Source: Kondoa subrosea (Eukaryota). Taken from it: a DNA stretch of 64,000 nt. Below, piece after piece: positions 40,346 through 52,563 of the stretch; the first letter of the stretch is position 1, and every line of letters starts with the position of its first letter. The notes below the pieces were generated by a model. That model did not search any database and was not told where the DNA came from. It saw nothing but the letters and a program-made list of their open reading frames with translations. A program made the position numbers and the translations under genes. The DNA lies in assembly GCA_039545335.1 (NCBI GenBank), contig BCIN01000001.1, forward strand, positions 2,483,136 to 2,547,135, given 5' to 3'.

Positions 40346-41389
40346 ATGGACGAAGCGAAAGTGGGTGTCAGCGCTCTATATGATAGCCTTGACTGAATGT
40401 GATATCAGCGCAACGCTTTAAGTCAAGCCTTTCTACAATCCAAAGTCGAATCTTTGCAAACATCTCTTGACGATCTCAGCTTCTCTCGCAACACAAGAGG
40501 AGGCAGAGAAGGTAACACATCGCGAGGCAATCATGCTGGCCGTGGAACAACGACTGGTCGAAGAGCTCAACCCAAGAAGGCTTCTTCCAATGCAGGCCCG
40601 CAAAATATCATGATCCTTGATGCATCTGTGTTGATTCATGCTCTACCTCTGGTCAAAGAATGGGCTCGTGAACCAAACAACCAAATTATTGTACCTCTGG
40701 AAGTCATTTCCACTCTGGACATTCTCAAGAAGTTGCCACGACCTTTTGTAGATCTGGCTAGAGAGACTACTCGATACTTGGATACTCAATTCGATCGCAA
40801 CAGGTCAAGCAATCGTTCTGCCCGTGTATCTTTACGCGCACAATCCTCTGATGATCAAGTCGAATGGGCTTTGGTTGCGGAGCGCTTTATTGTACCCGAG
40901 AAACCACTACAAGTAAGGTCAGCACCACATGAAGCTGAAGAAGTCAATGCAGAAGTAGCACCAGAAGAGCAAGCTAGCGATACCCCTCGTTTCCTTCGTT
41001 CCTTACTTCAGTGCTATTTCTTTTACGCCGGGCCCAACACTCGCTTCGTCATTGCCAAACCCAATGCAATCACCGAACAAGCTATAGCTGCTCTTCCACC
41101 TTCTTCAATTTCGCCAATCCCACCAGATCGTTCTGCACCAGGTGAATCAGGAAAACAATCTATGTCATCTATGTCATCATCATCAAGACGAAGTTATTCA
41201 GCAGCTGAAAGATCTTCTGGACATGAAGCTGAAGCATGGGCTAAGAAATTCAGAGGGATGCAAGTGAAAGTTGTCAAAAATTGGGAAGTTGAAGCTGCTA
41301 CTGAACGATTCAAGGATTGGCAAAGAAGTCAGAATAACAAGCGAACGGAAGAAGCTGTAAAACCTAACAAAACTCTTTTTGTTCCTTGA
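40346..41389 (+). CDS. PIN-domain protein (SMG5/6-type PIN-like)
   Basis: MILDASVLIHAL...IIVPLEVISTLDILKK...ARETTRYLD; short first exon MDEAK. Confidence 0.7.
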
Positions 41390-41405
41390 AGAACGTCGCT
41401 AGGGT

Positions 41406-41981
41406 TTATGAAAGAGGGTGGTGTAGGAATGGGATAGTCCGCATGCTTTGCGAGAGAAGAGCATTGATAGTCTCCGTATCGCCTGAAGTTGTAAGTGCAC
41501 TTGTCACTGCTGACTTCATATGGGATGATGCCGTGGTTATAGTATGTTCTATCGGCATTTGCGATTCACTCAAGCCTGCAGCATGCAAGACATGGGGCTT
41601 ACCGGAAATCCCCGCCTACAGTCTGCATCTAGTCTCAACTCATCAGAATCCACCTCATTTGGTGTCGCAGAGATGTGCAAGAGAGTCAAGGAAGTCCACG
41701 TTGGACGGAACATGGCTTATGGATTGCAAGTCAATCTCTTTTGAACAAAGGTACTGCAGGAAGATGAACATCAAGTTGCAGTAAGCCAAGAATCGCAAGC
41801 GCTGTGCGGTGCGTATGGGATACTGCAGGTCAAGATCTGAGCTGGAGCGATGGATTAACTTGGTTGAAGTTGTTTCATGCTGAGACGAAGAGAGGGTGAG
41901 GAAGTGGGAACACGGTGCTGCAGTCTCTAGTAGTGTAGAAATCCAAGCTTGCACAGGTGCACTCACATAGTGAGAAAACAT
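41406..41981 (-). CDS. Possible small hypothetical multi-exon protein
   Basis: Consecutive minus-strand ORF pieces between the PIN gene and RPN5 with plausible splice sites; no recognisable motif. Confidence 0.25.
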
Positions 41982-42023
41982 CCCATCCGCGTCAGCCTGT
42001 CGCTTGCACACGAGCAACGAATC

Positions 42024-43812
42024 ATGTCAGAAGCTATTGCAAGGAAGCAGGGTGCGCTGCGTTTATCCTATTCGGTGATGCTGGCAGCTCATCTCTCGAC
42101 ATTGCAGAGGCGGATCTTACTGCAGAATGCGACAAGGTCATTCCCCAAGCTGAAAGTTTAGCAAAGGTCTGCTTCTGGTGCCATAACGGTACACAGTCAA
42201 CTGAATTGCCGCAATTACAGGATGGCCAAGTAGATCAGGCTATCGACAAGCTTCTTGTGCTCGAAAAGCAATGTCGTAACGTAAGTCTAGTAAATCCTGG
42301 CCTATATGCATGTATACTCACACGCATCAATAGGCGGCAGATCTCGCATCCACTTCTCGAACTCTTCTTTCCATCCTTTCCTTATTGTGGCAGAGCAAAG
42401 ATCAAACCAAACTGCGCGAAACCACAACAGCTTTGTCAAAGAAGCATGGTCAACTCAGGCAGGCTACAGTTCGTATGGTGGAACAGGCTATGGCGTATTT
42501 GGATGAATTGCAGGGCGAGGATAAGCTGAGATTGATTGAGTGCTTGAGGGACATCACAGAAGGAAAGGTGCGTTGCATGTCAATCACATATGGTAGTGTC
42601 TTTGGCTCATGGAGAGGCTGTGATAAGATCTATCTCGAAGTGCAAAGAGCTCGAGTCACTCGACAGCTAGTCGAAATTAAGGAGAATCAAGATAAAGACA
42701 TTACTACCGCATCAGATCTGTTGCAAGACTTAGCGGTCGAGACTTTTGGTTCTATGGAACGAAGAGAAAAGACTGACTTCATTCTGGAACAAATGCGTCT
42801 TCTTTACTTATCTAAAAATTGGGACAAACTTGCCATCACAAGCAAGAAGATTAATACCCGTTGGTTAGTCGGAGAGGAAAATCAAGACCTCAAACTTCGA
42901 TTCTATCAATTGATGGTACTCTATGCTCTTCAACATGATCGCTATCTGGATGCCAGCAATTATTTCAAGCAGATTTTCGAAACACCCTCTGTTCAAGCTG
43001 ATGAGGTCCAATGGCGAGCAGCTCTTCGCAATACTGTTCTCTTTGTCATTTTGGCTAGATACGACAATGAGCAAGCCGATCTTCTGGCTCGAGTATCGCA
43101 AGAGGAAAAATTACCTCAGATGGGCGAATGCCAGTCCGTGCACCTTGATTAACATCGGCCGCAATAGCTAATGTCTCCATATAGTAATCTGGTCAAATGC
43201 TTTACTACTCCAGAACTGATGCGCTGGCCTGGTATTCAAGAGCTTTATGGTCCATCTTTGCGTCAAACGAGAATTTTCGGCGAGAAGGGTACCCCACCTC
43301 TGGATGTCGGTGATGTCCAAGAAGCGGAATCAGACTTCAGAGCGGACAAAAGATGGACTGATCTACACAAACGAGTTGTAGAACACGTAAGTCTTGTTTT
43401 TCACCTCATGCAATGTGAGATTGATCTGACGTATTATTATCAATCAAAGAACGTTCGAACGATAGCTAAATACTATACTCGAATCACTCTTTCTCGAATG
43501 GCAGAACTCTTGGATCTTTCATCTAAAGAAACAGAAGAAACTTTAGCTGCTCTAGCCAGTTCTCGTATGATATACGCTAAAATTGATCGACCAGCTGGGA
43601 TTGTCAGCTTTGTGGAAGCCAAGTCGACTGATAAAGTCTTGAACGAGTGGAGTTCAGATGTTAGCAAGTTGATGGTCAGTTCCTTTCTTTCCTTTATGGG
43701 CAGACAGAGAGCTTATCAAGATAAACAGGGATTGATCGAGAAGACGTCTCACTTGATTGCAAAAGAACAAGCTGTTGCAGCTGCTAAATCCAAAGCGGCT
43801 GTTAAGGCGTAG
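42024..43812 (+). CDS. RPN5: 26S proteasome lid subunit Rpn5 (PSMD12)
   Basis: LLVLEKQCR, SKKHGQL, ITEGK|IYLEVQRAR, VETFGSM, LHKRVVEH|NVRTIAKYYTRI, AKIDRPAGIV. Confidence 0.96.
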
Positions 43813-44121
43813 TTCAAGTTTAGGCTAGGCTGTGTTGTAGAACATCCGGCAAATGAAGTCGTACTGCTCACAACTTGCTGCTTTAAATACTGCGGCGTAC
43901 AATTTCACGAGAGAAAGAGATGGAAGAAGAGCCATTGTCAAGGCCAAAGAGTGAGAATTATGCAAGAATACCCTTTTCAGTTGCTACAGATGAATCTTCA
44001 TTTCCAAGTGATATACCCATAATCTCAATACAATCGATACAGCCCAAATACAGTGCACAAATACAGAGAACCGTTTCCAACCCGACCATTCCTTTCCCTT
44101 TCTTTCCCTTCTTCCCATAGC

Positions 44122-44877
44122 CTATTCGAGTGGATATCGCTGGCAAGCTGCATAGATGCGGAAAGCGTTTGATTCCACTTGCTTGGCGCCGTATTCAGCG
44201 GGGAACAATCGAGACAATTGAACTCGCTGATCAATCTTGGCCAATCGACTTTGAGGCAAAGGCAGTCGAGGAAGATGAACGAATCCTTCTTCCTCTTCTT
44301 CACAAGCCTTGCAAAGAGGTTGATTGATTGAAAGGCCATGTTGAGCGAGCTGTTGAGGAGTGAGACCCCAATTTGAAGCCAATTCTGAGCAGTCCATGTC
44401 TTCATCTTCTTCCTCGTCTGACCAACAAGTAGTGAGAGCGAGTGAGGAGGGAGGAAGAGGTGAAGAACAGGTGCATGCTGAAGATTGAGCTTTGAGGGTG
44501 AATTGCTTGCGATGAGCCAAAGGTGTGATGAGTTCCGAAGTTGGAACTATGCGGCGATCGCATTCATCCTGACTAGCAGGAATGTAGACCGATCGTGCGA
44601 GCTGCTGACGAGAGCGTTGAAGGACGTTCTGAGCATGTTGTTGCTTTGCGAAGCGAGAGGCAGCAGCTTGAATGCGCGAGGAGAGAGTTTGCTCCTGCTC
44701 TGCGTCGACATCAGGGATGTAGGTTGTGCCGAAAGCCGACCATTGCGACAAGCAAAGGTGAGCTTCATTCTTGCGAATGCCGCTTCGAGCAGACTTGAGA
44801 GGAGTGGAGCTGCTGCGCTTTGTGGTAGATCGAACTGGTCCATCTTTGTAAAGATTGAAGAAGGAGAAGAGCGGCAT
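44122..44877 (-). CDS. Hypothetical 251-aa protein, paralog B
   Basis: About 92% amino-acid identity (232/251, hand count) to 21907-22662. Confidence 0.7.
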   Translation of the reverse strand: MPLFSFFNLYKDGPVRSTTKRSSSTPLKSARSGIRKNEAHLCLSQWSAFGTTYIPDVDAEQEQTLSSRIQAAASRFAKQQHAQNVLQRSRQQLARSVYIPASQDECDRRIVPTSELITPLAHRKQFTLKAQSSACTCSSPLPPSSLALTTCWSDEEEDEDMDCSELASNWGLTPQQLAQHGLSINQPLCKACEEEEEGFVHLPRLPLPQSRLAKIDQRVQLSRLFPAEYGAKQVESNAFRIYAACQRYPLE

Positions 44878-45757
44878 GATGATTGTTGTATAGCAGGTAA
44901 AAGGTTTTGATATGCTAGTGCTCGCTCGACTCGATGGAAACAGTTGATAATGAAGAAGAGGAAGGAGACAGAATATTCCAACTGTTATAGCAGCTACATG
45001 AATGGCTTGACAGGAGTCTTTGAGCTTACAACTGATTGCAAGTCAATTTGACCAACAGTCGGATTCGCGAGTGGGAATCGAAATCAAAGCAAATCTCATC
45101 AAAGATGGCACGTAGAGGCAGAAGAGACAGAGGAGAGCGATAGACAACATAGCGGCAGCACCAATAGAGCGCAGCAGAAGGACGAGTCGCGCAAACGAGA
45201 AGTACTAAAGAATCGCTCCGAACTCGATAATTTCAGGAATGACTTGATCAAGGATCATTCGAGAAGAAGCGCTGAATGCAATGACGCGTAATGCTGATCA
45301 GATTCTTGAAGGTAAAAGTCAAGACGAGGTGGTGCATGGAAGCGACCTTGCCTTTGAACGCTGTTCTCGCTTGTTGTCGATGTCTAATGGAGAGATCTGT
45401 ACCTGCTCCATTGCTTCCCTCGCTTCATCATATGCCAAAAGCCTCCCTCTAGGGAGAGATCAGCTTTCCACCTGCATTTTCAAGTTTTGATGTTCTGTGC
45501 TTGACCTGGATTGCAAAAGATGTACATGGCTTGAGATAGTTGTCTGTACTCATTCGACACGTCGTTATGTATCGCAATGGCTGTCTCGACGCAGANTAGA
45601 GCAAGCAGCCAAAATGGAGCTGAAGCGACAATTATGCCCGGAAACGGCCCTGAGCGCCTATGCAGAATGTGCATCGCTTCTCTAGGCGGAACATAATGCT
45701 GCGCTCGCTTGAAGTCACTGCGCTGTGCTTTCGGAAGTACTTGAATGAAGAGATTGG
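44122..45757 (-). repeat. Inverted duplication, copy B (~1.64 kb)
   Basis: Reverse complement of 21030-22662. Confidence 0.95.
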
Positions 45758-46548
45758 AACTAGCTGCCAAATGGTATGCCGTGGCCGAGCGCCTAGCGTG
45801 CATCATGGATCTCATGAAGCTGTGAGCTTTCGAGGGAATGATTGCAGGATCACAAACTCTATGACAAGTCTTCTGCACCGAACGGGTCTCCTTCGTCGTG
45901 CAAAGATCGCCTGTCTACCTTCTTCTTCCCCGCGATGTACCACAAAACAGGGCTATCAGCATGCCAAATTGCTTTGGGATCGTTGCATGTGTGTCCAATG
46001 ACCTCCGAGCCAGTTCAACTTGGAGTTGCGATCCTGTCAGATTCTGAACAAGTCTTTGCTTTCGACTCTGATGAGCAAACAGAAGTTGTTCTGGCTTGAT
46101 GAGTCTACTCTTTGGTGTTATGTCGACGAACGATGAACGATATTCTCGATTGTCTCTGCCAGGTCTTCGGAGCAGTAGATCATTCAACATGCAGCCCGGT
46201 CTCTGCAGAAAGCCCATTTCGCGACAACCACGCCGATTTAGGACATGGAATCAGATGGATTAATTCAGAGGCAGAAATCTCAGAGTGATCGTGGGGCATT
46301 TGTCTTCACAGTCCTAGACTAGTCTTCGCCTAGTATTGTCTCATAAGAGAATCAACTCAGATCAATCTGATCAGCAAGTTGTCTCCTCTGTCATATTAGG
46401 AGCTACAGTGCTGTGCGAAGCGACATGTATAGCTCGTCGAGAGAAATCACATGCTTAGTTAATTTGAAACCGCGAATTTGACAGCTTCTATATTCTCCAT
46501 ACTCGTGTACTCAAGTCGAATAGCTGAAGACAGTTCTAGTAATACACC

Positions 46549-47941
46549 ATGAGCGACTCAGGGTGAGATCTGGTCCATAATATGCATAATAGCAAGCTCA
46601 CTGCTCGAGCAGGATTCACGCGCTCTCGGGTGCAGCTGGAGGGATGCTTGCCAGTGCGTACACTACATATAGTGCCGCTGCTCTACCCAACGCGTTCTTG
46701 CAGTGACTATTACCTGTGAGCTTGCACACATCGAACAACCCGCGATATCTGAGACAGGATATGCAGACCCATTGATCAACGTCAGCACGAAAGCTCAAGT
46801 GGAAACCAGACATTCCGAAGAGGTATAACCTTCACTCTTCATGTGTGACTGTGATCTGAGCAATATGATAGTCGTCCATCTCGGTCATTAAGCGAGCTAT
46901 ACAGCGTGATGGTGTTCTATCACTCTTTCAAGGACTCGACTCTTCGCTCGTTGCTATTGGAGTAACCAATTTCGTCTACTGTAAGTCTACAAGCCAATAC
47001 GAGCAAAGTGAGGATTGACACTTTTGCTAAACAGATTTCTGTTTCGAAGAAGCGCGGCATGTCTTATTGACCTACAAACAAAGCAAGAGCAAGCTATCAA
47101 AGGAAACGCTCAGTACTTTAGAGAGTATTCTCGCGTCCACCGTTTCTGGCATAGCGACTTCGCTTGCTGTCAATCCTATTTGGGTTATCAATACGCGACA
47201 AACTTTAGGACAAGGGTCGGATGGAGAGAAGAAACGATTGGGCTTCTTTGATACACTCAAACATATTATGGATACGGATGGGCTAAGCGGATTTATGAGA
47301 GGAATCAAACCTGCTTTGATATTGGTCATCAATCCTATTCTGCAAGTGAGTTGGTGTGGCGCAGTGATTATATGCGGATCTGATTTAGATTATGCTTTAG
47401 TATACGGCTTTTGAGCAGCTTAAAAACTTACTTGTCGCGCGAAGACTAGCTCGAATGCCGAGTCAAAGCATTAAAGGAGCTGCGAACGGTCTACTAGATC
47501 GACCTGCACATCTACCGCTCAGTGATCTGGATTACTTTATGCTAGGCGCGATCTCTAAGCTGTGTGAGTAATCATTATTGTTTGTCAATTCGCTCCGGCT
47601 GACGTATGACTAGTCGCAACTGGTGTGACTTACCCTTACCTGACACTGAAGAGTCGGATGCAAGCTGGTCATACCACTCATCGATCAACTCTCGGTGCTC
47701 TGGTCCAGATCTATCGCAAAGAAGGCGGAATCAAAGCACTTTATCGAGGAGTTCTACCAAAACTGACTCAAAGTGTCTTAATGTCTGCTATCCTCTTCAT
47801 GTCAAAGGTGCGTCTAATCAAAGACCGTCGTACTTGTCTGATGATGTATTGATGTAGGAGAAATTGTATCTATACGCCAAATCGCTCATTCTTCGCTATG
47901 CTGCGTTGAAAGCAAGCAAGCAGAATCTGGCTAGGGCTTGA
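46549..47941 (+). CDS. Mitochondrial-carrier-family protein, peroxisomal PMP34/PMP47-like
   Basis: HALSGAAGG, NPIWVINTRQ, GIKPALILVINPILQ, TYPYLTLKSRMQ, LYRGVLPKLTQSVL. Confidence 0.88.
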
Positions 47942-48243
47942 TAGTGTTGTACTGAGGTTGTTCCAACTGTATTCGAATGTTGTTTTTTTCGCGATCAATT
48001 CGATCGACAGGGATAAATTACTTGTCGCGACTGTCTTCTCCAAGCAACCATTCTACAATCGTTTCTAGCATTGACACACTCATTTGAACCCTCAACACAT
48101 CGTCTAACAAGACAAACGCGTGGACCTTCGAATCTTTGGTGCGAAAGCTTTGGCCCCTTTTCGTGATAATCTTGCAGCAAATCCACTCTACTTGACGACC
48201 ACTCACGCTCTTTTGCTTTTCCTCAATTTCCCCTCAGCTAAGC

Positions 48244-49787
48244 ATGTCAGACTATAATGAGAAACATCAACATACAAGCATTTCCATGCAACAACCTCTG
48301 CTCAATGAAAAGAGCTCAACACCACCTACAAGTCCTGTATTACGACAAGAGGAAGCTCCTCCTTCACGGCTGGCCGTGCTAGGAGCTGTATCATTCTATA
48401 TGGTAGCTGCTTTAGTGGTCCGTTCGACTTCTTTTCCTCATGCAAGTGTGCATCAAGCTGAGTATTGGTGATATAATACAGATGATCTTTGTCAATAAAG
48501 CAGTCTTGAATAAAGTCTCTGTACCCATCTTCTTCCTTTTCTGTCAATTGGCTATAGCAGTGTTGCTTTTGCAAGGGACGGCTGTATTGGGTTATTTCAC
48601 TCTGCCGCCTATCAGAGTGCAGGTTGCAAAGGATTTGTTACCACTCATTATGATTGTGGGTCCTCACTTAGCTCATCGATAGCTATCACTTACAGCTCTT
48701 TCGCAGAATGTCTGCGGCCTAACATTCAACACGTTCGTCAGAATAGTGGATTAGCTATATTGAAAGCTCATCCTTGATCTGATGAACAGATACTGCCTCG
48801 CATTGGTCGACGCAAGTTTCTATCAGGTCGCAAGAGGATTAGTCTTGCCTTTCACCGTCTTTTTCTCCTACATCCTACTCAAGCAAAGATCAACCCTGCC
48901 AGTACTAGCTGCCGTCGTAGTAGTCTGTATTGGTTTCTTTGCCGGAGTTTCAGCAGATTCTTTAACCGTTTCCAAAGTCGGTATCTTTATGGGCATCACT
49001 TCCTCAATAACGACTAGCGTTCATGCTATTGTGGTCAAGAGAAGTTTACCTGTCGTTCAGGGCGATACTATGGCTTTAGCTTATTACAATAATGCGCTTT
49101 CGGCGCTCTTCGTTTCGCCAATCATTGTTCTGACGGGAGAATGGCCTTTAGTAGTGGAGATGTTCGTAGTGGGAGGAGAGAATTTCAAGACATTCATGAT
49201 TGGAGCTGTTGTCACTGTAAGCTCTGCGGGTATTTCGTGTTGTCTAGAAGAGTGCTGATCAGAAGTTCAACCGCAGGGCGTCTTTGGGTTCTTGATATGT
49301 TTGGCTGGATTCATTTCAATCAAGATCACTAGTCCAGTCACACATATGGTTTCATCCGCTTGCAGAGGTGTCATTCAAACATTTTTGGGCCAATGGCTCT
49401 TTGGAGATATTATCTCGAGGTACGTTCCCAATTTACAGGAATGCAGGTAAACACTGACCAGATGTTTACAGTGGACGGGCAACAGGCATCGCTTTCATCC
49501 TGCTTGGCTCTATAGGCTACACTTTTGCGAAATCCCACGAATCAAGTAAAGCAGCTGCTATAGCCTTACCCAATTCACCTATACGATCTCCTCGACCTCC
49601 AACATCGGAAGGCATGTTCCGCAATGTGTCGAACAGCAGCAATTTCGCTTCTCGGTCTTTATCTTCGCCTATACTTCGACATGCTTCAAATCAATCCGTT
49701 GATTTAGAAGGCAATGAAACCACTTCTGCTTCGCCTATCTTATTCACTGTACATGCGCCACAAGAAGAACATCATAAGAACCATTAG
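48244..49787 (+). CDS. Nucleotide-sugar transporter, SLC35C1/TPT family (GDP-fucose-transporter-like)
   Basis: FYMVAALV|MIFVNKAVL, VDASFYQVARGLVLPF, LAYYNN, IKITSPVTHMVSSACRGV. Confidence 0.85.
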
Positions 49788-50166
49788 GTAGATCAGAGAT
49801 GGATTTTGGGATCTTCTTCTAGCTCTGGAGCAAAAAAGAAGAGGTAGAAGGAGGAGGTTGTACAATTATTTCGCACGCATGATCATGACTCTCGCTTAGA
49901 CTTGTAGCAATTGTATGCATACATTCGTTTATTGTTATAGATCAGTCTTTGTGTTCACGAACGATAGTCGCGCCCAATTGACAAGCAAGGTCAAATTGCG
50001 AGAAATATTAAAATAGAAACAGAGAAGAAGAGGAGGAGACACCAGCGTCAGATGTGCGTCAAATATCGGTACTAGAAATGCAATGTACAAAGAGATAGAG
50101 ACCCTGAAAATCATAGCACTTGACATCAATCACAAATAGGTAGAGCCAATCCGATTCACTGACCAT

Positions 50167-50896
50167 TCAAATTACTACAATCTGCGATGGTGTCCACTTC
50201 GGTGAGTTGTATACTGATTTCCCGACCTGTTGCTCGAAGCTTAGTACTCTCGCTGATCACAAACTCCTAGATTGACTTACCTCCCAACCTTGAACATCCT
50301 TCATGATTTCCTTTTCTCTTGTTTGAGCTGCGTGCGCTCTTCGGTAAACGTCCCTACATCCGATGCACATTTAGTGCGCAATGATGGGTATGTGAAGAGA
50401 ATGAGCTGACCTATCGCCCTCTGCCATGAGTAGCGGAACTAGGTGTATCCTCGACCAAGCTCTTTCTCTGAATAGCTCCCTGTACGCAAGAGCAATACAT
50501 TAGAAGAGGTTACTTCACAGTGAAATCGCTCGAAGCACCTCTTTTCGATATTCGCCTGACCGACTTTGTAAAACCCGAATGCACACACAGTGAAGACACC
50601 AGCAAAGATCATAGCCCCGCCTGTTCGTTCCACCAATATAACCCCATGAGCTAAGGCTCAAGGCTGCCTGTAAAACGAACCTGGTCCTCGAACTGGGAGA
50701 TTCCTCTTAAATCTCAGTGGTTCATAGCCTATTCTATAGCATCAGAGAGATGTTTTTGAACTTTCGAGAGACCAGCTAACCATCCTTGGGAGGCATCTGT
50801 ACGCATCGAAACAGTGATTAGCTAAATAACTCGGTTGTAAGGGCGCAGAGCAATACTGACATCCTGGCGATAAGTGCCCCATCTTTGTGCATCCAT
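50167..50896 (-). CDS. NDUFA13: Complex I subunit NDUFA13/GRIM-19
   Basis: Spliced YRQD|MPPKDG|YEPLRFKRNLPVRGP, AWSRIHLVPLLMAEGDR, EKEIMKDVQGWE|VGKSVYN. Confidence 0.9.
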
Positions 50897-51019
50897 CTCG
50901 AGATTTTGAGCTCTGTAGCAATCACAAACAAGCAGGAGAGAGAAGATCGCTGTCGAAAGCAACAAGAATTGCTAGACACTCCTCTCGAAACAGCCTTTCA
51001 CCTTCGCAGACTCATCGTT

Positions 51020-52508
51020 ATGGACGTCGACGAGCCTGTTCAGCCTCAAGCGAGCGTGAATGAAGCGCCAACTCCAACGACTTTCAGATTCAAATTTGGG
51101 CAGTCATCTACTGCTATGCCTACCGAATCTATGCAGCCAACTCATGCTGCTCTACCTTCTCAGCAACCTGTAGCTGGTCCTTCTGCTGCTTCCACCAATC
51201 CCCTGGACATGCTCGCTGCTTCAGCTAGTCAGCAACCTCAAGCTATCGAGACTGGGCCTGCTCTGCCTGCTGCGGCAAGTGTTGAGCCGCCGGCTAAGAA
51301 GAAACGAGGGCCAGCAAAGAAGAAAGCAGATAAACCTCCTTTGGCAGAAGGTGAAGTCAAACCGCATTGGAGAAGAGGTCTCAAGGGGAAGGCTGCAGAT
51401 GCTGCTGCTTATTACAACAGTATGTCTCGTCTCTTGCTTCTACGAACTTGGTCGTCCCGATGTCTTATTATGTTGTTATTAGCTGAATTGAAACCTGACA
51501 CTCCGCCTACCAGAAAAAGGAAACCCAAAGCGACTACTGCTGAAGGCGGAACTCCTGAACCTGGAGCTGTACCTGGTACTGGATCCTTCTCTGTCGCAGC
51601 ACCAAGAGTGAGCTTCTAGTGAACGCGCAAACTATATGCTTACTCTTCACTTAGGCTGCTACTGGACCTTTGACTGTCTTTCCGCTCGCGAGCAAGACAC
51701 CTGCTGCTAGAAAATGGACCAGAGCTCCCTTAAGCTTTGTGAACATCACCGGAAGTAATCTTTCTTTGGCTACTTGGACGGGTTGTAAGCAATTCTCACC
51801 CCTACAAAGTTGTTCAAGCTGATTTGTCATCTAGCTGAGAATTCCGCCTTCGCTGATTATCAAGCGAAAAATGCTCCACCTCCTGAAGAAGAAGCCGTAG
51901 AGGAGAAAACAATGGCCCCGGTCAAAGAATCCAAGCCAAAGAAACGTGCTTCAGCCGTAGTACCAACACCCGTTGCTTCAGCGGTACCTATCGGTCCACC
52001 TGCTGTACCTCAAACTATCGATCCAGTATCTCCCTATCCAAACGACTCCGTCTCATCTTATCCTCGTCCTGCTCAAACGCAATCACCAGTTCCGCCGTTC
52101 TTCAGTCCTTTCCCGCCTTCTGACACATTTCAACCAGTGCAACATCCTCTTCCTCCAATGGCATATCATTCACCTCCAGTACCAGTCTATCGATCACCTT
52201 CTTTACCTCAGCACGGCTCCTTTTCTACCCCTCATCATGTTCCTCGTCAACAATCGCCCTACGCTTCTTTGCCTCCTGCACCTACGCTAGTTCAATACCC
52301 TCCTCAATACTCTATACCTCAAACTCAAGCTTCATCAAGTCATGCAGGTTCAGCATCACCAATGTCTTTGACGAATCTTGTCTCGCCTGACAATTCAATG
52401 ACGGGCAATGTACAGTATTTTGCGCCTCACAATCATCAACAGCAGCAGCAGCAGCAAATCGGAATGTATCCTCAACGGAGATCTTATGATGGTTCTTCAC
52501 AACCCTAA
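51020..52508 (+). CDS. P/Q-rich nuclear protein, possibly INO80 Ies4-like motif
   Basis: NLS-like PPAKKKRGP; exon PAARKWTRAPLSFVNITGSNLSLATWTG resembles the Ies4/DUF1711 RKW..TG..W motif. Confidence 0.45.
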
Positions 52509-52563
52509 ATGTTACAAATACAATTGGTTAATGAATTTAGACCTAAATAATGTGTCTCTTTTT

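Noticed and set aside
21030..45757. Mating-type locus with inverted pheromone genes, or a giant TIR transposon
   Set aside because: No CAAX pheromone precursor, STE3 receptor, homeodomain gene or transposase recognised; the enclosed genes are housekeeping.
52434..52457. CAG run (also GGA at ~27770 and AAC/AAT at ~27960)
   Set aside because: Ordinary coding homopeptide microsatellites.
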